This document shows, one piece after another, positions 1 to 10,756 of a DNA stretch of 35,704 nucleotides (positions within the stretch are counted from its first letter, which is position 1; every line of letters begins with the position of its first letter). Source of the DNA: Octopus bimaculoides. Its lineage: Eukaryota. Location of the stretch: assembly GCF_001194135.2 (NCBI RefSeq), contig NC_068986.1, positions 14,718,316 to 14,754,019 of the forward strand, written 5' to 3'. The position numbers and the translations under genes were made by a program. Below the pieces are notes generated by a model. That model saw only the letters and a list, made by a program, of their open reading frames with translations. It did not search any database and was not told the DNA's origin.

Positions 1-126
1 TAGATAGATAGATATAGATATTAATTTACACATTAATATATTAATACATGAATAAAATAATATGTAAATTAACTGCTTGATTGCATGCTAACTACCTAAT
101 AAAATGTAACGTAGATTTTATCCTCA

Positions 127-170
<44 letters not shown>

Positions 171-299
171 GCAAGTATATAGATTTATGCTTTCATATAT
201 ATTCCTCATGATAGTACTTTTTTAGTCATATTACTATTTGGTCAGCCAAACAAGAAAACAATTAATAAAAGAAAAAAGCTAACAGAAATCTTATTCTTG

Positions 300-720
300 C
301 GCTCTTGCTCTGAGTTTGTAAGCAGCATCCTATTAAATAGTCATGCATTGGAGAAAATCATGGGCCACCATTTTGATTTTCTGAAAGTCTATTGTTTCTT
401 TTCTTTGGGATTGCACTTATTACACATTATTATACTTTCTTTTGGTGGATCATCTCCGATGGTTGTGGAATTAGTACAGAGAAAAGTATTTCCAGCACAT
501 CCAATGAAATTTTGTCTGTTCCGGCAGCTTTTCATCAAGCAATTGTACTTGTGCCTCTCTGAAATATTTGTTCATCACTTGGTTCAGTGGACATAAATGG
601 CGTTAATCTGTAGTTTGATAATCAGTTCCAAGTTGCTGGCTTGGAACATTTAATGACTTTTCAAAGTATATAATCGTGGATAGAGTTTACCGTCAACTTC
701 CTATTGTCACAGAACTTGCT
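300..720 (-). mobile_element. Decayed RTE-like LINE reverse transcriptase fragment
   Basis: Minus-strand translation gives MSTEPSDEQIFQRGTSTIA**KAAGTDKISLDVLE...IPQ, resembling the RTE/LINE RT N-terminal 'P..EEV...LK..KA.GPD.I..E' motif. Several stops are present. Confidence 0.5.
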
Positions 721-1042
721 ACCTTGAAAGTGGCAAAGCAAAAGAATAGATTTCATTTAAGACAACGATAGTAATTAGAATGACCATCAGCGCGAAAACG
801 AAACCTGATTTAAATGTTCTGGCAATGAAAGAATTACAATAATCTTTCTAGCACGCATTGAAACAATTCCTTTAAGAAATAGCGAAGTGTATGCAATAAA
901 AGATACACGAAGAAGAAATAAACACGGGGAAGTGCTCTATTTCTACGATTTAATGCTGGATATCATTTTCAAAGAATAAATGTACAAACAATTAAATATT
1001 CAAATAAATAAATGCATCTTGTATCTCTTATTTTTTTTTATT

Positions 1043-1478
1043 TGTTTCAACCTTGGGACTGCAGCCATGCTGGAACACTGCTTCGAAGGGTTTTAGCCAG
1101 ACAAATCGGACGTGTTTCTTATTTTAAGTCTAGGAGTTCTATCGGTCACTCTTGCTGAAACGTTACGAGAACGTAAACAATTCAACTCTTGGAGTGAAAC
1201 GGAAGTTGAGTACAAAAAGCAAGTACAAATACACACACGTACACACGTGTGTGTGGTGTGCATGTGAGCGAGTGTTTGTGTGTGTATGTGTGTGTGTGTG
1301 TGTGTTTCTGTGAGTGTGTGTGATGGAGTTCCACAAAGTTCCCGCCTACCAAATAGATTCAAAAGGGATTGGCTGACCGGCAGCTATAAAGGAAAAGCAT
1401 TCCAAATTAATCTCGCAGTGGAACTAAACCCGAATCCACGTGGCTGGAATACGAGCTCCATAATCACACAGCCATGCC
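1043..1478 (-). mobile_element. tRNA-derived SINE (octopus-type family with internal (GT)n)
   Basis: The plus strand reads tail 'gactgcagccatgctggaacactgc', core 'ttctatcggtcactcttgctgaaacgttacg', a CA/GT microsatellite, then the antisense tRNA head 'gcagtggaactaaacccgaatccacgtgg...cacacagccatgcc'. It is homologous to the other copies in the window. Confidence 0.85.
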
Positions 1479-1940
1479 TCGGAACAATTGAGCGGCAACC
1501 GAATTTCAAGAATGATTATTGAATAGCATTTTATGATATTTTGTGGATATACAAGTAAAAATTCATATCCAGTTTTTCTTTTATATGAACAGGGGAAAGT
1601 TTTCCCGAAATATTATAATATCATAAAACAACCAGTGTGAAATAATGCAATAAATATACTCTTTGCTTTTATTCATTGACATCACCGTACGTATTTTGCT
1701 TAACTCCTCCAAATATTTTTTTCATTACCCAAAGATTTTTCAAATATTTTCATCCTTCTATATTTACTGCGATGGTCCAAGCAAATCACAATATTCAGAA
1801 AATTTATTCAGTCCATCTTCTTTAAGGAATCGCCAACTACTGGCCTAGAGATTTTGATGAAATGCCTCTAATAGTGCAATTTCTCGATAGAAACCTCTCC
1901 ATCATATCGCTATATTCAACACTGTTTTCGTTCTAGAATG

Positions 1941-1995
<55 letters not shown>

Positions 1996-3224
1996 CAACG
2001 AAATATTAAATGCCATGAGATAAAATATATTATTCTGGTTTTGAAATTCAGAAATCTACACCTCAACATATTCCCGATAAGAGAAAAAAAAGTATAATTT
2101 AAATCATACTACTACATTCAAACTAAATATAGCTAAACTACAAAGAAAACCGAGTAAGAAATTCTATATCACTCTCTAGAGACACAACCAAGATGAAAAA
2201 GTAATAAATTATCATGAAGTTTCAACTACGTACTACTAGATTAATCTTGTAAACACAAGTACAGTCGTAGCAGAATGAGAAGATTGTTAACGCTAGACCT
2301 CCCATGTGCAACAAAATAAATTTATAACATACAAACAACGAAAAGACAGACCAAAAACATTACATCAAAGGTCTACAGAAATTTGAAAGTGAAAATTTAT
2401 AAACATTTTCACTTGAAATAGCGTGTAATATCATCAGATCTCAATTAAATCCTGATTGACATTATCAAATTCAAAAGAATTACAAGTGATAAAACAACAT
2501 GACTTAAATTTCATCTCAACAGACTCTTAAATGTTGTAAATTTAGTGTGAAAAGAATAAAAAATAAATGGAAATTACCGAGGAGCATCGGAAAATTGTGC
2601 AGCCAGTCTTCATATCTCATAACAAATACAAGACAGATACTCTATGTGGATTTATTTGCTACTACAAGTTGTAGTTATTTTACCCTAATCAACATGGAGG
2701 TGATTTGTGATAAAAAAAGACAAAACATATCTTTGATCATCTTAAATTTGATAGAAGGAATATCATTTTATAATGAGTCATATAAAACGAAAGGAGATAA
2801 ATTAAGATATAATTAGCTGCTGTTTTTCACTCCCGCTCTCACATATTTATGTCATGGCATTTAGGAGCACTGTATATAAAAAATGATTAGTCCTTTGAGA
2901 TAAGGTTGTCACCTGTCAAGAAACATTTTACATTCACTGGCGTCTTCCCTTCGCTTACGATATAATATTCAGATATTACTGATATTAAGATAGAAGGATT
3001 AAATCTAATCTTCGCTCCTTGGTAGGCACTTTGATGTCATTTTTTATCTTCAGAAGGTTACTGACCTGGAGTTTCTCCCCCCACCCATAGCCCTCTGTTT
3101 AAATACATATCCCCTGATTAGCTGTTGTATATGTACGATTTTAAGAATTGAAAAGAAAAGGAAATTTAATTTCGATTTCACTTCCATCTAAGAAAAATAT
3201 TAGACTTGGAAGTTTGGGAGAGAC

Positions 3225-3320
3225 TCTCAGTCAATTAAATCGACCCACTGCTTGCCTTTAAGCATTTTATCGACCTGTGAAGGATGACAAATAAATTTAG
3301 CTTCAGAGCTGTTTGATATT
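3225..3320 (-). mobile_element. Fragment of a second SINE-like family
   Basis: 'gtcaattaaatcgacccactgcttgcc...attttatcgacctgtgaaggatgac' resembles 29610-29720 ('gtcgattacatcgatctc...ttttattaacctaggaagg'). Confidence 0.5.
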
Positions 3321-3329
3321 AGTAAGTAG

Positions 3330-3700
3330 AAGGCCATAGCGAACAGTGAGAAGTATTTATTATAGCCTTCCAATAAATCTGTCATCCAGAGGCCTAATGA
3401 AGGTAAATATTGATTTCTGCTATGGACAGATAAAAGTGCATTTTGCAAGTGAATGGAGAATAGTCCATCAAAATTACGGCATTATATTGCTAGCAGCTGT
3501 TTTGTATGTCAAGGTGGAATTAAAGGCAAACTGATCACAAAAGGAAGTCGAAACTTGAATTGCGATAGATTGAACTAAGTTGGTGCTCTTGCTCTGCCGG
3601 GCATTCTTTGATGTATATACAACTTTTCTAGATTAGATATCCATATTACATGTCATAAGATCACAGTAAAATTAATGCTTGCTTTGTTGCCTTGAACTGC
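3330..3700 (-). mobile_element. Possible highly decayed CR1/L2-type RT C-terminal fragment
   Basis: Weak minus-strand motifs across shifting frames (LTYKTAASNIM / MDYSPF / KAII) resemble 'LTLYKA..RP.MEY...KAIR'. Confidence 0.3.
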
Positions 3701-3971
3701 AAATCTTCAATCAGGTTATAGTAACATGTTTTCGATATTGTTACTGATGCCTGTTTACCTTCGCCGAACCAGGTAAAACTTGTGATCAAAGGCGTTAATC
3801 TTACTACGTTTTTCTATATTACCTTCACGAATGTTATGGAAGGCAGAGGGTAAGTTCAGTGATATTTCACTGCGATTTCTAACTTATCCAGTAAACATAT
3901 GAATATGTAATATCATGAAAGCGGTTGTCTTCCTTAGGGAGAAAATGCTACACCATACTCTATATATTTTA

Positions 3972-4380
3972 CTTGTTTCAGTGATTAGAAAGCGGTTATG
4001 CTGGAGTAAGGACTTGAAGAATTTTAGTCGAATGAAACCACCATAGTACTTAAGTTTTTCAAAGATTGGCACTTATTCTATCAGACTATCTTGCTGAACA
4101 GCTAAGCCACGGGGACATAAACATGTGAACACTGGGTGTCAAATGGTGGTGGCAGACAAACCCCGACACGAAGACATGCAGAGACACAGACAGACATCAC
4201 ACGCAAACACAAGATATACAATGGGTTTCTTTCAGTATCCATGTACCAATCCAATCACTAGACTAAGGTCCGCTCGAGGCTCTAGTAGGAGGTACTTGGC
4301 TACAGTGTCATGCGACAGGGCTGAAACCGGAACCACGTGATTAGGAAGCAAGCATTTTGTCATACAGTCACGCATGCGCC
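3972..4380 (-). mobile_element. tRNA-derived SINE, near full length
   Basis: Core 'cttattctatcagactatcttgctgaacagctaagccacggggacataaac' and antisense head 'ggctgaaaccggaaccacgtg...catgcgcc'. Confidence 0.85.
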
Positions 4381-5025
4381 ATAGAGAATTTTTCAATCGA
4401 ATATCTCATAGTGCTCAACGAAGATAGCGCGCTTAAGCATATGTTAGACTATTTCAGTTATATAACCATTCGGAGAGCGGATTCAGCAGAGTTAAAAAAC
4501 ATACGATCCGGTAACGCTTTAAATAGATTCATTTTTCGGGCTAATGTCACTTTAAATTCAATATGTCCAGGATCGATATCACAAATTAAATATATATATT
4601 TGCATATTTTTAACACTTCAAAATACTAAGTTTCGAATTATGAAATAGAAGCAGTTCTATACTAAAAACTAAATCACTGTTAAATACTTAATGTATGTTC
4701 GTAGTGAAACGCCAAGAGCTGCGGTTTTTGTCCGGAAAAATCTGTGTTTTGACGTATTGTGTTAAAAACAGAATATAATTCAGAGTTATGCAAAACTAAA
4801 CCGATAACGAAGTGACAGCAAGAACATCAGGTCCATATGTTGACGCTGTTGCGCGTTCTCAAAGTTAGGTGCATATATTAATGCTTGCTTTTATACCAAG
4901 ATATGGAAAAACAAGTTAACATTAAATTGAAGAAATATTCAATAACTTTTTTTGCAATACATATTTGTTATACAATTACAAGTAGAAGGGTGACAATGAC
5001 TTCGAAACTGTGATCCACTAGCCTT

Positions 5026-5149
5026 CGCTTGATTGTGTTTAATACGCGCTTGATTGTGTTTAATACGCGCTTGATTGTGTTTAATACGCGCTTGATTGTG
5101 TTTAATAAACGCTTGATTGTGTTTAATACGCGCTTGATTGTGTTTAATA
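5026..5149. repeat. 21-bp minisatellite, 6 copies (cgcttgattgtgtttaatacg)
   Basis: Directly visible. Copy 4 carries the variant aataaa. Confidence 0.95.
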
Positions 5150-5858
5150 TGCATTTTGTCTATTTGAATGACAATATTAGCGTTGGTGTACCTATATCTT
5201 GGAAGTAGATGTATAGCTCAGGGTGACAGAAAAGAGAAGAGGGCGAGTGCGTTGGATGAGCGTTGATGGAAAGGTATTAAGAAAGTTTCTGATGTTTGAA
5301 GTGCGGGTTGTGCTATTTTTCAGATCAGTCAGTCAATCATGGAAAACTTTGTAATCAGATGTGTCTATTTATATGCGTCAGTATTGGGTCATAGGGTTGA
5401 TAGTACAGAAACGTTGTTATTGTTGCGTTTAGGGTTCACTTATATTCTTTTACAAACCCCAAAATACAGCAATCACTTCATTTTTATCTGAAGCATTCCA
5501 TAAAAATTTCTGTAGCGTATACATTTGTTGACATTTACTAGGAAAAAGATCAGGGTGACGTCTAAATTTCAGTCTACTACCTGTGTCAAACAGTTCGATA
5601 AACACAATCAAGCCCAAACTTCCAAAATATCCTCTTTTTTCATATGAAATTTAATATACATACATGTATAAATATATATTCTTTCATACGTTTTCACGCA
5701 CACGCACACCCACAAGAACGCACACACGCGCATACGCACGCCCACACACACACACATGCATACACTCAAACACAAATATATATATATAATATATATATAT
5801 ATATACATTCAGAAATATATGTTTATAAACTTTATTAAAATGTAGTAAAACTATCACA

Positions 5859-5904
5859 AAAACTGTTACTCAGAGTTTCACGTTCCCGTTCATCAAACAG
5901 TTTT
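5859..5904 (-). ncRNA. Minimal type-I hammerhead ribozyme (UUGAUGA core variant)
   Basis: Minus strand: aaaactgt-TTGATGA-acg ggaa cgt-GAAAC-tctgag-TA-acagtttt. It has an 8-bp stem I, a 3-bp stem II, a palindromic stem III and a GUA site. C3 is changed to U. Confidence 0.75.
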
Positions 5905-5912
5905 GTCTAAAC

Positions 5913-5958
5913 AAGAGTGTCCGACGAACGGAAACGTGAAACTCTGAGTAACAGCTTT
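5913..5958 (+). ncRNA. Minimal type-I hammerhead ribozyme (CCGACGA core)
   Basis: tgt-CCGACGA(5921-27)-acg gaaa cgt-GAAAC-tctgag-TA(5949-50)-aca. Stem I is only 3 bp in this copy. Confidence 0.75.
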
Positions 5959-7415
5959 TGTGATACTTTTGCTGCTTTTTAATAAAGGATATTACTCCAC
6001 GTCTCGTATTCGAGTACTATTTTCCCACCTTATATAATATATATATATATATATATATTTTTCACATGGATAGATAAGTATGTACATCTGTCTATATAAT
6101 TATATATATGTATATCTATTTGAGTATGAGTGTGGGCGTGTTTGTGTGCGTTTGTATTGAGAACAGCACGCACATTGCATTGTACGGAATTGAGTTAGAA
6201 ATTAAATATCTTAGTGCAAAAAATCCCAGCCATTTAGTTATTTGCTTTACCGTCCCTGATAAATCATTCTCTCTCTTGTTTAGGACGTTGCATTCTTATA
6301 GCTATTTCTGTTTCCATATAGTTATAATAATCAGTTATATTAATATTCTAACAGTATCCTTGTATTTTCTCTAAATGTATAAGAAGCAGCAGGAAGTGTT
6401 AAGAGGAGAGTCTACCTATTATTCTCAATTTCTATTTGTATCTCGGATATGCATTGTGTTCGATACATCGCTTAAAAACTATCTGCTATTTCTCACTCTA
6501 TCATTACTAAATACCTAACATACATGGAGGCATGTATATATGTCTATGTATACACACACGCACATGTATGTACATATGTATGTATGTATCTATCTATGCA
6601 TATATATATATAAACACATATATATAAATATATATATACTTGTATATATATATATATATNNNNNNNNNNNNNNNNNNNNNNNNNNNNNNNNNNNNNNNNN
6701 NNNNNNNNNNNNNNNNNNNNNNNNNNNNNNNNNNNNNNNNNNNNNNNNNNNNTGATTGCATTTATACGTGTGTCTATCTATCTATCTATCTACATTTCTG
6801 TCAGTTTGCCTGTCTCTTGCTGTCTCCCCCCCCCTCTCTCTCTGTATATATGTATATAAGTTGAAGATATTTTCTATTATTTAATCGAAATCTGCTGCTG
6901 TTTTCCATGATAATCTTTAACACATAATGTACGCTGAAAACACATAATGACGGGAAAGCTTGTTCCGAAGTATTTTACTTCTAGTATATTACGCATGTTT
7001 CATCTAACATTTAGCATGTTGTAACAACTAGGGTCATACGAACATAGTTATGAATTCGTGACGTCATCGGGTCTATTATTAGAAATGGAATATTTGTTAC
7101 AAATATTAATTCAAAAATCAGCGACGACCAAAATATTGAAATTTAATATACATACATGCATAAATATATATTCTTTCATAGTATTCACGCACACGCACCC
7201 CCACAAGCATTCCTAGCACTGTTCTTCGCTTTCAGATATCTTTTCAGAGAATTATATAATGTTTATACGTGGCCTGTACACAATTACTACAATTCATCTC
7301 TGAGGTCATAAAACCCAATATACAACATAGATGTTGAGACTGTTACCTTATTTGGTGATACCTTCTACGAACTGACTGGCGAATCGAAGTAGATGGAAAA
7401 GCTAGCAACAATTAT

Positions 7416-7601
7416 CAGATTTACTCGTGTATAAGTTGCATCTGGGTATAAAGCGCACCCCTAATTTAGTGTTACATCTTTTTAACCGCATTATGCTCTT
7501 ATAATTCTAGCATTACCTCATGCATAAGCCGCAGCCAGTTTTTAAAGTTAAAAATTAAGTATAAAACAAAGCGACAGCGACATATACAATAATAAATACG
7601 A
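7416..7601. mobile_element. Tc1/mariner (Tc2-like) MITE remnant
   Basis: The left end 'atttactcgtgtataagttgcatc...tataaagcgcacc' and right end 'gcgacatatacaataataaatacg' match degenerate 'CCGTATTTAC..GTATAAG.CGCAC'-type TIRs. Confidence 0.55.
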
Positions 7602-7665
7602 TACATTTTCCTCGTTTCCTGATCTTTTTTTATCCCTTCCAATTAGCTACAATGTATTAGTTATA

Positions 7666-8307
7666 GGATCTTTTTTAAAACGGGGGCCTCATTTTTCATT
7701 AACGAAACACTTTGAAACTTGGAACACTGGTAGAATGTGTCATATAAAACATCTCTTTCTCTTAGTCTTCTTTAAAAAAAATGAAATCCCTAAGTTATTC
7801 CATGTGAAAGTTGTCGTATTTATGTAATTTCAACCAATCACTGACGTCCATTCAGCCGATATACATTAAGTGCCGACTACATAAACAAACGATTCTGAAA
7901 CAATTCTATCGGTGNNNNNNNNNNAATCACTGACGTCCATTCAGCCGATATACATTAAGTGCCGACTACATAAACAAACGATTCTGAAACAATTCTATCG
8001 GTGATAGGGTTAGGGTTAGGGTTAGGGTAAGAAGAAAAAAGCAAATTTAAAATGAAAAAAGCAAATAAAACGAATCTATGGCTTAATCAGCCAAAGGAGT
8101 AAATGTAAACAACTGAATACTTGTCAGTGATTGGTTGAAATTATCGAAATAAGACAATTTTTTACATGAAATAAATTCGAAAACAAAAATATTTTTCTGT
8201 TCTATAAAACAAAATAGATAAGTATACGAAGTTTGAAAGTCTTTCCGTACAAAAGACACTACGTAAAACATTAATGAAAAATGTGGCCCCCGTTTTAAAA
8301 AAGATCC
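7666..8307. mobile_element. MITE with GGATC-starting TIRs (about 40 bp) and an 8-bp TSD (Merlin-like signature)
   Basis: Left TIR ggatcttttttaaaacgggggcctcatttttcattaa matches the right TIR ttaatgaaaaatgtggcccccgttttaaaaaagatcc. The TSD tagttata lies at 7658-7665 and 8308-8315. An internal inverted repeat pairs 7798-7868 with 8100-8170. Confidence 0.85.
8005..8028 (+). repeat. Interstitial telomere-like (TAGGGT)4 inside the MITE
   Basis: tagggttagggttagggttagggt. Confidence 0.9.
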
Positions 8308-8743
8308 TAGTTATATACTGTCTAGAAATATATTTATGGGGTTTTCCTCACATTCACTCGTAACAGTACTTGCTCTTTTCCTTTTCATTTACTATAGCGT
8401 TTATTAGTTTTGAGAATAATACTACGAAGCTTTTTTTTTTCTCCCGTAATAAGATGGTAAAATGCCCGTAGAGTGAACTCGAAAATATTGGTGATGCATC
8501 TCCGTCCTTTGCTTTCTAACTACGAAAATCCCCCTCTGTTGTAGTTTATGCATCATGCTTAAATATAGACACTTAAATACCGCGCCTCCGGATAGAAAAA
8601 CTGAATGTTAAGCAATATGTCAATAACTTAGAAAATTACTATTTTTTTAAAACTTACAACGTGAGATATTCAGCAAGCAGTACTTTGTGTACTTATATTT
8701 TCGAACAAGGGACTGTAGCACACACACTCAGTGCAAAACAATA

Positions 8744-8788
8744 TCTGCGTATCGCGATTTTCGGGTTATTTTCCTTCATTAGTACAGA
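8744..8788 (-). ncRNA. Degenerate hammerhead (inactive-looking)
   Basis: Minus strand: tctgta-CTAATGA-aggaaaataacccg-AAAA-tcgcga-TA-cgcaga. The G5 and G12 equivalents are mutated. It is homologous to 10716-10756. Confidence 0.55.
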
Positions 8789-8804
8789 ATAATTGTTCGG
8801 ATAG

Positions 8805-10620
8805 AGGTTAAGTCTTTATTACTAGCACAAGGCCTAAATCAGAGGGGACATACAAAGACTTGCGGGAACAAAAAAACACATGAAAGGATGAATGTGAAAT
8901 GAATAAAATTACAATGCAAATGAGACGGTCACCACGCTCCTGCTGCGAGATGAAACCATGGATTCCTTTTCCTGTAAACCTTTACATCTTACATAACAAT
9001 TTCTAGCCTTACTCCGAGGCGAAACAGAGACTTCCCTTTTCATTTTAACCTTACAATTATAAACTTTTTAAGCGCATGTTCATACAGGATTTATTTATTT
9101 TCTTTTCCATTTTTAAACCAAAATATTCAACCAAATGTTTTTTCACATTTCACAGTTACTAATTAAATTACGACTTACCACTTCATCTTCTCCTTTTCGT
9201 CCACATAATTCACCACCGACGCGCAAGGTTCAATATCCACCTCCAGCCTCAGCGGGTTCAGTCTCCCACAATGTCTTTCAATTTTGCAATCATTTAAGTT
9301 GGGGTGTCCTATATCTCACTATATTTTTAAATTTTTTCTTTGTGTTTTATACTTTCTGTTTTTGTCTCTACATTTTTACTTTTTTTTTTATTTCTTGCGA
9401 GTGTATCTGTGTGTTTGAGCTCGTGTATGTGTGTGTCTGTGTGTTCGTTTGACTGTAATTCTACGTCTTTCGTCTGTGTGTCTATGTCTAGGTTTCTGTA
9501 ATTCTGGGTTGACTTGTTTCTGGTCTGAATGATTCTGTACTTGTAAGTCCTTTACTGGTAATTCTACTGGTAAATTTTCTCCATTTCTCGTCGTGGGGTG
9601 GATTTCCTCTTCCATTGCTTTACACTTCTTCAATTCCATTGTCGTCGCTGACTTCATTGTCTCTCTTTTTCTTGGTTCGCCTCCGCAAAATTCCCGTCAT
9701 GTTCTGCTTTCTGTTTTCTCTTTCTGCTTTTTTTCTACCATTATATCATCCTGAACACTCTCCTCTACCATTTTCACTGCTGCTCTAGGGAATTTCCTTC
9801 TCAAGTACCCTCTTTCCACCACATCTATAACACTTTGGGAGTCTCCCCTCTAGCATTATTTCCAGCTTGTCTCCATTTGGAAGTTCCGAAGTTTCTGGCA
9901 TTTCGATCTCACTGCACAGATCATCTCTAATTCGTAGCCCCAAATTTCACTTGTTGTGTTCGGCTTATCATGCCAATATTTAGGTCTTCGCTTTTCGTCT
10001 TCAGCTCCGAATTAAAAATTGCGGCTATTACCCATTCTGGGTCTATCGACGGTGGGATTCTTCCCACCCTAATTCTAACAATTCTTTTGCCCAAACAGTT
10101 TGGCATCAACGTCCAATTTTCTCCCTGTATCAGCTTGTTGTCGTTTTTTTTCGCCTCGTCTTCTGATACAAAGGTTACTAATATCGACGCATATTTCCTT
10201 CCTCTTGTAAGGAACGTTATCCTTTCTCCTATTTGTTCCTCCGAGATTTCTTCTATGTCTTCTTGCGGTGCGTGTTCAATTTTCCTATTTATATTCGAGA
10301 ATGTTTTGACTATAACTGTCTTGGTTTCCATTTTTCTTTTTTCCTCCTTTGACTGGGTCTTTTTTATGTTTGACCCTCCTTTCTTTATCATACAACAATA
10401 TTTGGTTATCTCCTTCCTATTCCACTCTATCATATCCGGCTTCAGAACACGTAGGTCTAAGCGAACTTGACCTCCAGTAGCCTCCGCATAACTTTTCTTT
10501 TTTCAATAATTCACTACCACCCAACGATGGTGGTTTCGCAAAAAAAGAAATTCCGCTTAGACTTCTTTAAAAAACGACAAAAATGTTCGGCTAGAGGTGG
10601 CGCTGACAAATTCTCATTCG
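8805..10620 (-). mobile_element. L1/Tx1-like element with 5'UTR, ORF1 and 3'UTR but no ORF2
   Basis: ORF1 remnants span 10433 to about 9170, followed by about 350 bp of non-coding sequence ending in AATAAA (8815-8820, minus strand). No EN or RT motifs were seen. Confidence 0.6.
9170..10433 (-). pseudogene. Frameshifted gag-like ORF1 (RRM-like region plus degenerate CCHC knuckle)
   Basis: The ORF 9927-10433 contains RIVRIRVGRIPPSIDPEWV. The next frame gives LEIMLEGRLPKCYRCG, and a further shift gives ERGYLRRKFP (CX2CX4HX4C-like). ORF 9388-9657 is a low-complexity linker. Confidence 0.7.
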
Positions 10621-10715
10621 AAACATATAGTTTTCAAAGTGACATCTAGTCACTGATTTATAAATTAGAAAATTACTAATTTTTAAATCTCACAACGTGG
10701 GATATTCAATTATTA

Positions 10716-10756
10716 TGTGCTGATGAAAGGAAATAACCCGGAAATCGCCATACACA
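10716..10756 (+). ncRNA. Minimal hammerhead candidate with an AUA cleavage triplet
   Basis: tgtg-CTGATGA(10720-26)-aagg aaataa cccg-GAAA-tcgcca-TA-caca. Stem I is 4 bp; stem II is weak. Confidence 0.6.

Larger units (their letters stand above)
5830..6032. mobile_element. Palindromic non-autonomous Penelope-like (pLTR-derived) element with two inverted HHRs and a tail
   Basis: Arms 5830-5896 and 5921-5987 are reverse complements. The tail 5988-6032 is homologous to 27563-27610. Confidence 0.75.

Noticed and set aside
3773-3849. Possible exon (CAG|GTAAAA...AGG|GTAAGT; VKLVIKGVNLTTFFYITFTNVMEGR)
   Set aside because: Short, with no recognisable homology; such signals are expected by chance in 35 kb.
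6985-7080. Minus-strand CCGATGA ... GAAAC-atgc-GTA
   Set aside because: Neither stem I nor stem II can be paired.
7836-8003. Exact 79-bp tandem duplication (7836-7914 and 7925-8003)
   Set aside because: The copies are identical and separated only by a 10-N spacer, which is typical of an unmerged contig overlap.
8005-8028. Telomere or chromosome-healing site
   Set aside because: Only four units, internal to a MITE with intact TIRs and TSD.
9970-10470. 166-aa plus-strand ORF
   Set aside because: Antisense shadow of the purine-rich LINE ORF1, with no independent protein features.
10589-10605. CTCF-like motif (ctagaggtggcgctg)
   Set aside because: Only a partial match to the consensus, at the 5' end of a TE, with no functional evidence.
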